A DNA stretch of 34,104 nucleotides from a virus. Its lineage: Duplodnaviria > Caudoviricetes. The translations under genes were made by a program, and so were the position numbers. Each line of letters begins with the position of its first letter. The first letter of the stretch is position 1. Positions 25,691-34,104 of this stretch are shown here, one piece after another. Location of the stretch: positions 1 through 34,104 of the IMG/VR virus record IMGVR_UViG_3300037991_000441. The stretch is one strand, 5' to 3'. The notes beneath the pieces were generated by a model, which ran no database searches, was not told the origin of the DNA, and saw only the letters and a program-made list of their open reading frames with translations.

Positions 25691-26187
25691 CAGCCTATGT
25701 TTCCCCTATCGAGTTGTACCAATCCGTATACAAAAGCTAGTAATATAGCCATACCAACTATAACACAAAGTATTAAAACGATAACTGTAATTATCTTTTG
25801 TCGCAATACTTGTTTATCGTATATCTCTTTCTGCCTACGCTTGCGTATATCACCTTCCATTTTGAGAAGTTCGTTCCATGCCTGAACACCATGTCTAAAC
25901 TTAATAAACTGTTGGAGTTCATATCGCTGTTCTTCAAGCTGTTTCTTAGCAGTCAAAGCTTCAACAGCTTCTTGTTCGATACTACCTCTGCGTGTAAGTT
26001 TAGTAATGAAGGAAGGATTCTTAGCTCTTTTCTGTGCGTTCTCGATATCAGATGCGGCACTCATCCATTTGGATAAGTCATTCCCCATACTCTGAATATC
26101 TTTGCCAACTTGAAAAGCTCTCTTTAACCCATTAAAAGCTGTGTTTGCTGTAGCAACAGCCGCACTAATTGTTAATGGGTCGAGCAT
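25690..26187 (-). CDS. Coiled-coil protein with a C-terminal TM anchor
   Basis: 165 aa, hydrophobic C-terminus; at the start of the lysis module. Confidence 0.7.
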   Translation of the reverse strand: MLDPLTISAAVATANTAFNGLKRAFQVGKDIQSMGNDLSKWMSAASDIENAQKRAKNPSFITKLTRRGSIEQEAVEALTAKKQLEEQRYELQQFIKFRHGVQAWNELLKMEGDIRKRRQKEIYDKQVLRQKIITVIVLILCVIVGMAILLAFVYGLVQLDRGNIG

Positions 26188-26192
26188 ACATC

Positions 26193-26606
26193 TTAACTCG
26201 GCTTAGTAGGAAAGGTAACAGAAGACATATCTAGCGAACCATTACTTGAAAGTTTTGGAGATGCACTAGCTGGTAAATCTCTAAGCTGTTGTCTATAGGT
26301 TTTCCAGTTATCGGCAAGAGTTACATCAGAGTTTGCCATCCAATCTGTTTCGGCAAGTAATCTATCTCTTTCAACTCTCAGCAATCGCATAGGCTCTGCA
26401 TTTATTAGCTCTGTCTTTTTATCAGATACAGCTTTCCATGTTATGCCAAAGTCCTTTGGGTCTGCACTTTCGATTGCTAAACCATTGCTATCTGCTCCAG
26501 TAACCTTACGAAACATCTGGTTAAACTCTTCTTCACTTGTAGGCTCTCCTCTAAGTACCCACTGATTAATCCCTAATTCTGATAATGCTTTTGTAATTGT
26601 TGTCAT
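26193..26606 (-). CDS. Tail fibre assembly chaperone-like protein
   Basis: LR.ERDRLL.ETDW...W..YRQ.LRDLP...FPTKP. Confidence 0.8.
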   Translation of the reverse strand: MTTITKALSELGINQWVLRGEPTSEEEFNQMFRKVTGADSNGLAIESADPKDFGITWKAVSDKKTELINAEPMRLLRVERDRLLAETDWMANSDVTLADNWKTYRQQLRDLPASASPKLSSNGSLDMSSVTFPTKPS

Positions 26607-27160
26607 TGTGAAATCTCCATTAGTGTCATTGTTGCTACAGTTGAAGCATCATTTGTATAATCTCTATAGTTTTTATTTATTTTACAAACTCCAGAAGTAT
26701 TTTCTGACCAAAAATAAACCTGATATACAAGTGCATCTGTGGTACTAGGTGCGTGTAGTATTGCCATAGAAGGTTGAAATATATCCCATGTTTGAACTTC
26801 TAAATTTATTTGAAAATGAGCTTTATGGGAAACAACATCATTTGACCCTACTTGCGAGCTTGGAAAGTCTGTTGCACTACCCCCTCCTTGTGTAAACATT
26901 ATTTTTCCATGACCTAAACCACTATCATTCCCACCATATTGTAAAGCTCCAAAATCAACACGAACAAGAATTTTACTTGTTGAAAACTTTGGAGTAATGC
27001 TTGTATTTAGTTGTGAATAATTAGTGGGTGTTTGACCAGTACTCAATGCAAGTTCAGTATTATCTGTTGTTGCAACTGTCTGTATCACCATACCAGCTGG
27101 CATAGCCACAGTTCCAGCCGTTGTCTTACCCTGTATTGTATCAACTTTAAGTGTACTCAT
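26603..27160 (-). CDS. Small tail-fibre/receptor-binding domain protein
   Basis: MSTLKVDTI...G.VIQ...ITPKFSTSKILV...TLMEISQ. Confidence 0.7.
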   Translation of the reverse strand: MSTLKVDTIQGKTTAGTVAMPAGMVIQTVATTDNTELALSTGQTPTNYSQLNTSITPKFSTSKILVRVDFGALQYGGNDSGLGHGKIMFTQGGGSATDFPSSQVGSNDVVSHKAHFQINLEVQTWDIFQPSMAILHAPSTTDALVYQVYFWSENTSGVCKINKNYRDYTNDASTVATMTLMEISQ

Positions 27161-27663
27161 TGGGAAATCTCCAGTATCTTTAGACTGCTTGTAAAATATG
27201 AGCTAGGATTTATAACAGCTACACCACTACTTCCAATTGCATAAGGTCTACCAGTAAGTTTTACTGTTTTTGCATTAGTGTTAGAAGCATCCATAGAAAC
27301 TTCTTTGTTCATCCTTACATAAACATTTGTATTTCCAGATGGTACGCTATCAAGAAGTTCATAGTCTTCTTGAGCATAATCAATATTTGAGCCATCAACA
27401 TTAAAATTAATAGTGCATCCGTTATTGATATTGCCACGATAAATATTAATGCAAACACTACAATTCATTATTAGAAGGCTTGAAGCAAACTTTGGTGTAA
27501 AAGTAAGTGATGAACCTCCTATATCAGCATCTGAATTACTACTTAATGATGTGTTTGTCGTAAATTTTTGGAAAGTAGTTTGCACTACCATACCAGCTGG
27601 CATCTGCACAGTACCGCTTGCGGTCACTCCTTCAATTTTATCAGTTTTTAATATTGAGGTCAT
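27157..27663 (-). CDS. Small tail-fibre/receptor-binding domain protein, paralog, 168 aa
   Basis: Start reassigned to ATG 27663 (GGAGG SD); MTSILKTDKI...MPAGMVVQ...FTPKFASS...ILEISQ. Confidence 0.7.
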   Translation of the reverse strand: MTSILKTDKIEGVTASGTVQMPAGMVVQTTFQKFTTNTSLSSNSDADIGGSSLTFTPKFASSLLIMNCSVCINIYRGNINNGCTINFNVDGSNIDYAQEDYELLDSVPSGNTNVYVRMNKEVSMDASNTNAKTVKLTGRPYAIGSSGVAVINPSSYFTSSLKILEISQ

Positions 27664-27941
27664 TATTTGTCCTCCAACCATGATGGCTTTGTTGGAAATG
27701 TTTGCACTAACTGATGTTTATCGTCAAACGAAACAGTAAATGTTTTAGTGCAATCTCGTAATTTTTGTCTATATTCTGAAACTTCTTTCTTTTGTTCCTC
27801 AGTAATTGGATAGTCCGTTGTCATATATTTATCTGTTGCATTTAACAAAAGATTTCTATTCTCACGATATGCCCAAATAACATCTTCTACTTTAATTTGT
27901 TTTTGTTTTTCTTTATTTGTTTCTGAAATACTTACTGTCAT
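27663..27941 (-). CDS. Second tail fibre assembly chaperone-like protein
   Basis: R..RN.LL..TD.Y...DYP...YRQ.LRD...FPTKP.W. Confidence 0.75.
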   Translation of the reverse strand: MTVSISETNKEKQKQIKVEDVIWAYRENRNLLLNATDKYMTTDYPITEEQKKEVSEYRQKLRDCTKTFTVSFDDKHQLVQTFPTKPSWLEDK

Positions 27942-27950
27942 GTTTTACCT

Positions 27951-28721
27951 CTAAAATGGATTTGCACCGAATACAGCAACAAACTCTATTGTTCCATATG
28001 ACCCAGAACCACTACTTTCGTTCTTATCAAAGGTCACTCTTAAAACATTATTACTAGGTTTAGTTACTGTAATGTCTCCGTTACCACCATTAGCATTTAA
28101 AGTATAAACTCCTATATAAGTTGCGTTGTGACCTACTTGAAAGTTTTCAAACCTAGCATATGTTGCAGTTGATTGGTCGTGACTATATCCAGCGATAACA
28201 AAGCACCCACCATTTGTGTCAACTGGAAAGTCATAATAACTATCTGTTCTGCTTAGACCAGTTGCTCTTATTGCCATAATTGGATGAGATTGCAAACTTG
28301 TTCCAGAATCAGCAGTGTAACCAGAACCAGTAACCGAATTTGTAAGTCTTAAATTTTCTGATGCTCCAACTCTAAAGTACAATTTATTATCAGAGTGGTC
28401 ATACGATACTGCTCCTTGATAAGCTTGTGAACCAGAAGTGCCATCAGCAAACAAGATATGCCCTCTTGCATCATTGCCATCATTCGCAATAGTTATTCCA
28501 GCATGACCACTAGACCCAGCTTCATAAATAACAAAATTGTCTGCTTCATCATCATAACTGCTTGGAGAGTTTGTGCCTATTCCTACTTTACCACTAGCAT
28601 CTATTCTCATACGTTCTGTATTAGCAGTTTTTACTGCAACAACATCATTCGTACTTAAGTCAACTCCACTATCATTATCGCCAGTTTGATTGACTATTTC
28701 ATCTACTTCTATTTTGCTCAT
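27951..28721 (-). CDS. Tail fibre protein
   Basis: MSKIEVDEI start; TANTERMRIDASGKVGIGT.SP fibre repeat. Confidence 0.8.
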   Translation of the reverse strand: MSKIEVDEIVNQTGDNDSGVDLSTNDVVAVKTANTERMRIDASGKVGIGTNSPSSYDDEADNFVIYEAGSSGHAGITIANDGNDARGHILFADGTSGSQAYQGAVSYDHSDNKLYFRVGASENLRLTNSVTGSGYTADSGTSLQSHPIMAIRATGLSRTDSYYDFPVDTNGGCFVIAGYSHDQSTATYARFENFQVGHNATYIGVYTLNANGGNGDITVTKPSNNVLRVTFDKNESSGSGSYGTIEFVAVFGANPF

Positions 28722-28903
28722 ACGACCACCAATACCCCTGACACAGTTACTGTTGCACTACTGCCAATCGTTATCGGACCAGCCACAACAGCATTATTTG
28801 TTGCATCTATTGTGAATGAATTATTTATTGTGTTTTCTACTTGGCGAATAACTGGCTCATAGCTAGTGCCATCTGCTTGTTTTCCTATGCTATACTCTGA
28901 CAT
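28718..28903 (-). CDS. Small tail-associated adaptor
   Basis: NA..AGPITI..SATVTV.G..VVV motif; coupled overlaps. Confidence 0.7.
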   Translation of the reverse strand: MSEYSIGKQADGTSYEPVIRQVENTINNSFTIDATNNAVVAGPITIGSSATVTVSGVLVVV

Positions 28904-29262
28904 TATGTAATCTCCATGATGCTCATTGTGACCGATACTTTGTCAGCAACTGAACAATCTATTTGTATCTTATCTGTAGTTTCTAAAACAACTTTACCAC
29001 CAGCTAACATATTCTTGCTTTGCCCTACAGCAATAGGAACATCTTTTGCTAAGAATGTTGTTGTGTTAGTTGCTGTTCGACCACCACCAGATGTATCTGA
29101 TACTAATTTTACTGATGCTGTTACTTGTGCAGTATGAACATTGGCTAGCATCAAACCAATAACTACAGTTGTTGTACTACTCGGTGTAGTATATAAGTCT
29201 TCTGGCGAACCAGCACTTGCTGGCATGACATCGTGACTTACTACCTTAAATGTATTTGCCAT
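28903..29262 (-). CDS. Tail-associated beta-rich protein
   Basis: MANTFK...LYT.P..TT.VV.GL.LAN...KVVLE..D; AAGGAG SD. Confidence 0.75.
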   Translation of the reverse strand: MANTFKVVSHDVMPASAGSPEDLYTTPSSTTTVVIGLMLANVHTAQVTASVKLVSDTSGGGRTATNTTTFLAKDVPIAVGQSKNMLAGGKVVLETTDKIQIDCSVADKVSVTMSIMEIT

Positions 29263-29274
29263 ATTATTTCTCCT

Positions 29275-30798
29275 TTATCCCAAAGCTATAGCCAATGCAA
29301 CACTATTCGCTTCAGCAGTTGCTTCGGTAGTTGCACCAATATCACTTAATAATTCTGACGCACTTCTACCCTCGATAGAAGTACCACTTACTCTCAAGAA
29401 ATCATCATCAGCTACACCAGATGTAAACGTAGCGACATTGCCACTTGATATTCCTGATGTTGGAAGTTGAGATGTAAGAGCTAATGTGCCAGTTGTTGCT
29501 GGCATTGTAAGAGTAATGTTACCACCAAAGGCAGAGTGAGCTGGTGCTTGTAGTTGTGCGTAATGAGCATTAGAACTTTCGCAATAGAATCTAATATACG
29601 ACTGCGTACCACCATTCTTTAAATCTATAGCACCAGTTGATATATCTACATTACCATCTATTCTAACAACACCAGCACCATTTGGTGTTATAGCTATGTT
29701 TCTATCACTTGATGATACAATACTATGTGTAACTACATCTAAGTTACCACCTAGCTCTGGGGTACTATCTGACGATAAATTACCAAATGCACTTGCCGCT
29801 TCCCAGCCACCAGACTTATATACTTTTAACTGATTAGCTGTCGTATCAAATAACAAATCACCAACATCGAGGGAAGAACTTGGTTCGGAGGATGCTACTC
29901 TATATCGAGCAGCAAAATCATTTACACTTGAAAGATTCGTTGCAACAGAATTTACATTAGAAATATCAGTAGCAACAGTTGATATGTTTGATATAACACC
30001 TGATGCGTTGAGTGCCGCCATGTGACCGACAACAGTAGATGTTCCTAAGTTTGCCATTGCTGTTACATTTGAAGATGTTCCAAGAAATCCCATGTCCTCT
30101 ACAACAGCAGATGTGCCAAGTAATCCCATATCAGTAACAACAGCACTTGTTCCTAACAATGCCATAGCAGATATGTTGCTCGATGTAGCTAACAATCCCA
30201 TATCTTCTATAACTGCTGACGTTGCAAGTAATCCCATGTCTTCTACCACAGCAGAAGTACCCAATAGATTAATAGATGTAGTTACATCAGCTAAACTTTG
30301 AACAGCAGTAATACTTGGTCCAGCTTCTGCTGCACCAGTAGTTGCATTAAATCCTAATACTGTACCTACTCTTGCTGCTTTGAGAGGTAACTCCATAGAT
30401 GCAGAAGCATCAGAATCTTGTAATCTTATTGACCGTGAAATTGTATCATCAACATCAGCATCTATTGCCACCAATTTATCCAACTCTGTATTTAGAGAAG
30501 AGATATTAAATGCACCAGAAACTGGAAAGTCTGTTGTTCTTTCAAGAGCTATATCTCTTGTTATTACTACAGTTGACCCACCACTTGCTCCCGTTACACT
30601 CATTGTGACTGTACCTGTTGAACCATTGCCACCTGATACTGTGTAGTGAGTAGTGATTGTTTTAAGCGTATTGTCTACAAATACATTAAGGTCTGCTGCA
30701 GCAAAAAACTCAAAGTTTACTGTAAAAGAGGTCTGTGTTTGCCCTTGAGCAACCGAATACGACACTCTTGGTGTATTATCTGATACTGATATAGTCAT
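29275..30798 (-). CDS. Proximal tail fibre (T7 gp17-like N-terminal anchor)
   Basis: F...F.FF...DL.V...ITR...LNTELDKL anchor domain, internal repeats, D.TP.LGG.LD. Confidence 0.88.
   Translation of the reverse strand: MTISVSDNTPRVSYSVAQGQTQTSFTVNFEFFAAADLNVFVDNTLKTITTHYTVSGGNGSTGTVTMSVTGASGGSTVVITRDIALERTTDFPVSGAFNISSLNTELDKLVAIDADVDDTISRSIRLQDSDASASMELPLKAARVGTVLGFNATTGAAEAGPSITAVQSLADVTTSINLLGTSAVVEDMGLLATSAVIEDMGLLATSSNISAMALLGTSAVVTDMGLLGTSAVVEDMGFLGTSSNVTAMANLGTSTVVGHMAALNASGVISNISTVATDISNVNSVATNLSSVNDFAARYRVASSEPSSSLDVGDLLFDTTANQLKVYKSGGWEAASAFGNLSSDSTPELGGNLDVVTHSIVSSSDRNIAITPNGAGVVRIDGNVDISTGAIDLKNGGTQSYIRFYCESSNAHYAQLQAPAHSAFGGNITLTMPATTGTLALTSQLPTSGISSGNVATFTSGVADDDFLRVSGTSIEGRSASELLSDIGATTEATAEANSVALAIALG
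30016..30267 (-). repeat. Seven 36-bp (12-aa) repeats in the tail fibre
   Basis: LLGTSAVVEDMG-type units. Confidence 0.85.
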
Positions 30799-30825
30799 AA
30801 CGAAACTCTACTTTCTTTTTTATGT

Positions 30826-33800
30826 TTAATCAAGTCGTTCATCTATTGCTGCTCCTAAGTCCCTAACATGAGATTTAACGTAAGGTAGTGAAAGAAAGGG
30901 TAATATCTTCATCAAATCACTAGCTCCTTTACCAAAATCACCATTTAACATTTCCATAATAGATTTACCCATATCAAATGTATGACTTGGACCAGCTCCC
31001 AGCAAACCAATTAAAGACTCATGTGCAGTATCCTGATACTTTGGACTTATAAATCCACCAGTAAAATTTTCTCCTCGAACAGCTAAAATCGTATGTAATG
31101 ATTCATAGAATAAATCCATATAAATTGCTGCAACTCCAGAGTATTCAAAAGATTGCAACATCTTGTCTTGCATACTCATTTCATCCCAAATGTAATCAGG
31201 TTTTCGCAAACTCAAAGACCAGTAAGCTAATCCTACTCCAATAAGAGGTGCCATAACTCTACTCTTCAAAGCACCTTGAGTAAGTGATGCTGTCACTTTA
31301 TTCACAGCAGCAAAAGAATAAGAAAAGAATTGGAAAGGCATACCAAGTAATGGCACATCAAACTTAACATAACCAGGGTAGTCTACACTTTCTTTAAACA
31401 AACCACCCAATCCAGCTTTATTAACTGTAGAAGTACGCAAAAAAACAAGACCATCAACAAGCTTTGGCTTATCTGCTGGTGTACCCATAAGAATTGTATT
31501 CAAAACACCACTAGCAACACTTGCTCTGAAATCATCTCTAAAAGAAATATCTGTCCACTTGTCTGTATTTGCTAACCAAAGACCACCAGCATCATCTCTT
31601 GATTTCTGTATTGTACCATCATCAACAAGACCTTCTATCTTCTTGGCTTCTTTCTTTCCAATGTTATATCGCAAAAGATACTCAATCTCAAACTGACTTG
31701 CCTTACCATATTTTTTAGGATTAGATACTTTAAGAGCTGAGTTTATATAATGGTCTATTCTTAAAATACCATCTAATCTTTTTAATGCTGTGGTAACAAC
31801 AGTAAGACCATTGAGAATATAGAAAGCATTCTTTGCTTTATCAAACATGTGGTCACTCATAGAATTGAATGACATTTCATTAACAAATCTCTGATGACTT
31901 GTACCTAATGTAAGGTCGATTGCTTCACCACCTTTTGCTACTTCTTTTATTGCTGCTCTTACTTGTGGATTAAAGAATGCTTCAAACAAACCATGCATTG
32001 TTTTACCTACACCATGATTCATCATAATTACAGAAGGCTCTGCCATTGTAGAAAACACAACACTACCTAGATAACTAAGCTGTGCAAAAGTTCGAGAGAG
32101 ATTAACTAATCTTTTATCCCAGCTATAAGGATTATCATGCAGTCTATTTGTAACAACTCTATCATACATAAACCTTACTTGAAGAAAATGACGTTCAGCA
32201 TCTGCAACAGATAAACCCTTTTCAAATGCTTCTTCAAAAATATCATCTTGAATATCATCAATTGTTTTGAATGTTCCAAACTCTCTCTTAAACTCAACCA
32301 TACCAGCAGTTTGCTGGACATACTTTTTGTAAACTGAAAATGGGTCAGTATGTATAAACTTAATTAATCTACTATTTGGTATATCAAGCACCCTACTCTT
32401 TAAATGTTTAGATATACCAGCACCAACAAATATTTCTTCTACTTTATCTTCTTGCTCGAGCAGTATCTTTTGTGTAGTCTGCCTTGCTAACTCATGAGCA
32501 TCATCTCTTGTTAATGTACCTGATGTTCTCTTTCCATCGTCTGTTACCCTATATGTTGTTTTCATCAATTCAGTAGTGAGGAGTTCTTCAAACTCTTCTC
32601 TATTTGCTCGAATCATATCTATGTTGAAGTTTCTTGGAAAAAAGTTTTCATCGAAATAATTTTCACCTGATTGCTGACGATTCTTTATATCGTCTAATCT
32701 TTGCAATACTTCATTGAGTTCATCTGTTTTCTTTTCAATTGTCTTTGTATAACTCTCATCCCAAAGCTTTCTTCTTGCTAAATGAAATTCTTGCTTTGCT
32801 CTGCCATCTTTTGTGTATGGAATTTGTTTTCCATCTTTTTCAAAGAAACCTCTTTTCAAATCAGTTTCCATTTGTTTTATCTTTTCACGATTCTGATTTC
32901 TTTTTTCAATTCGTGAATCTAAATCTTGTCTTAATCTGAATGGTTTACCTCTTTCAAAGTTTGCTCCACCTAATAATCCAACAGCTTCTTTCTCAATCTT
33001 CTCATTCTTAAATGTTTTTATCATAAAATTAATTGCAGCATTTTCCATATCAGTATCGCCAGCTTCACCTCGTATATATCTTACTGTTACGTCGTGAAAA
33101 AATTGTTGCTCTGTTTTTTGCTGACCACCACCCATTAATCTTCTTGGTGTTTGATATAACTTTTGCCATTCAACTTGTTCAAAAGAAAATAAATTTTCAG
33201 CAGAACGTAATGGTGACATGCCAACTGATTGTAAATAAAAACTTCTCATCTTAATTGTAAAATCATAAAGCTTTGCCATGTGCTTTGCTTTATTCTGATG
33301 AACACTATTACCCAGCTTAAATCCACGCTTTATAAGCTCAAGATTTAATCCGCTATCAAAACCAAGCTTCAAGATATAATATTTAGATATTGCTGTTGCT
33401 GTGCTATCAGTCAGTAAATCTTTAATAGGATTAAAAATAAAGCGAAACAAAGGACTGTTAATATAAATATTTTCAGAAAACTTCAATCCTTCATTAAATT
33501 TTTCTAATGCTTTTCTTCTGAATCGTATTGCTTTTGAATTATCATTAGCTCGAATATTCAGTTCTTCTATACGATTACTAATAGCAGTTTGTGCATCTTC
33601 AAGTTGTATAATACGCTTACCAACTTTATCTACTTTTACATACTGTCTTAACTGGTCAACATGAATGCTATCTGATGGATTATATTTTTCGTCTTTATTA
33701 ACACCATACTTCTCTTGTTTTTTAGTAACTGGATTGTATCTACCTTCTTCTTTAATTTTTGTAAGAAACTTTTGAAACTCAGGTGTATTTAACTTTGCTA

Positions 33801-34104
33801 TTTCTTTACCTATCTTTGATGCTTCTTGCTCAAGAATAGGTACTTGTTTATCATAAGCATTCTTATTACTTATTAACTGGTCGCGGTCTGCAAGAGCTTC
33901 AATCTTTTTTGTATCGTATATCTCATCACCAACTTTAAATTGTTTTATTTTTCCTTCAGCTACTTTTTTAGAGTCTTTAAATATTTTACTACTTTGTGTT
34001 TGTTTATTTTCAGCTTGCTGTTGTTTTAGATACTCAATTTCTTTTGTAATCTTAGCTGTATAATCATCAACAGTATCACCAACAGAGTTTGCTAATTGTT
34101 GAAT
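30826..34104 (-). CDS. Largest internal virion protein, C-terminal part (5' end lies at 2654 via circularity)
   Basis: The frame stays open from the window end to the stop at 30826 and matches the frame of 1..2654. Confidence 0.8.
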   Translation of the reverse strand: MQQLANSVGDTVDDYTAKITKEIEYLKQQQAENKQTQSSKIFKDSKKVAEGKIKQFKVGDEIYDTKKIEALADRDQLISNKNAYDKQVPILEQEASKIGKEIAKLNTPEFQKFLTKIKEEGRYNPVTKKQEKYGVNKDEKYNPSDSIHVDQLRQYVKVDKVGKRIIQLEDAQTAISNRIEELNIRANDNSKAIRFRRKALEKFNEGLKFSENIYINSPLFRFIFNPIKDLLTDSTATAISKYYILKLGFDSGLNLELIKRGFKLGNSVHQNKAKHMAKLYDFTIKMRSFYLQSVGMSPLRSAENLFSFEQVEWQKLYQTPRRLMGGGQQKTEQQFFHDVTVRYIRGEAGDTDMENAAINFMIKTFKNEKIEKEAVGLLGGANFERGKPFRLRQDLDSRIEKRNQNREKIKQMETDLKRGFFEKDGKQIPYTKDGRAKQEFHLARRKLWDESYTKTIEKKTDELNEVLQRLDDIKNRQQSGENYFDENFFPRNFNIDMIRANREEFEELLTTELMKTTYRVTDDGKRTSGTLTRDDAHELARQTTQKILLEQEDKVEEIFVGAGISKHLKSRVLDIPNSRLIKFIHTDPFSVYKKYVQQTAGMVEFKREFGTFKTIDDIQDDIFEEAFEKGLSVADAERHFLQVRFMYDRVVTNRLHDNPYSWDKRLVNLSRTFAQLSYLGSVVFSTMAEPSVIMMNHGVGKTMHGLFEAFFNPQVRAAIKEVAKGGEAIDLTLGTSHQRFVNEMSFNSMSDHMFDKAKNAFYILNGLTVVTTALKRLDGILRIDHYINSALKVSNPKKYGKASQFEIEYLLRYNIGKKEAKKIEGLVDDGTIQKSRDDAGGLWLANTDKWTDISFRDDFRASVASGVLNTILMGTPADKPKLVDGLVFLRTSTVNKAGLGGLFKESVDYPGYVKFDVPLLGMPFQFFSYSFAAVNKVTASLTQGALKSRVMAPLIGVGLAYWSLSLRKPDYIWDEMSMQDKMLQSFEYSGVAAIYMDLFYESLHTILAVRGENFTGGFISPKYQDTAHESLIGLLGAGPSHTFDMGKSIMEMLNGDFGKGASDLMKILPFLSLPYVKSHVRDLGAAIDERLD
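32462..34104. repeat. Terminal duplication, copy B
   Basis: Aligns to 1..1643 at about 96% identity. Confidence 0.97.

Noticed and set aside
32462-34104. T7-like direct terminal repeat or gene duplication
   Set aside because: The copies differ at about 4% of sites, fall mid-gene and have exact 77-bp identical flanks, which fits an assembly bubble better.
1-34104. tRNA, CRISPR array, hammerhead ribozyme, integrase/att, auxiliary metabolic genes
   Set aside because: I saw no T-loop/cloverleaf, repeat-spacer array, intergenic CTGATGA core or matching protein motifs; this was a manual inspection only.

Overview
This is an apparently complete, circularly permuted, AT-rich podovirus genome with a unit length of about 32,461 bp. 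Bases 1-1643 recur at 32462-34104 as a ~96%-identical allele. Both ends of that duplication are identical for exactly 77 bp, which points to a k=77 assembly bubble between two strains. One long minus-strand late unit runs terS, four tiny basic proteins, terL, portal, scaffold, capsid, tail tubular A/B, three internal virion proteins, tail fibre/receptor-binding modules, then lysis genes. A plus-strand early unit (17780-24411) carries HTH regulators, a resolvase, a YqaJ exonuclease, ERF and an SSB-like protein. I recognise no DNA or RNA polymerase, primase, helicase, integrase or ParA/ParB. The most interesting signals are non-coding: (1) a perfect parS palindrome inside the scaffold gene; (2) a candidate two-hairpin sRNA whose loop is complementary to the extended Shine-Dalgarno of several early genes; (3) a MerR-like 19-bp-spacer palindromic promoter in front of terS; (4) a heavily structured early/late junction containing a 175-nt branched hairpin, a compact pseudoknot and minus-strand C(G..A)G hairpins. 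Protein calls come from motif recall and gene order, not database searches.
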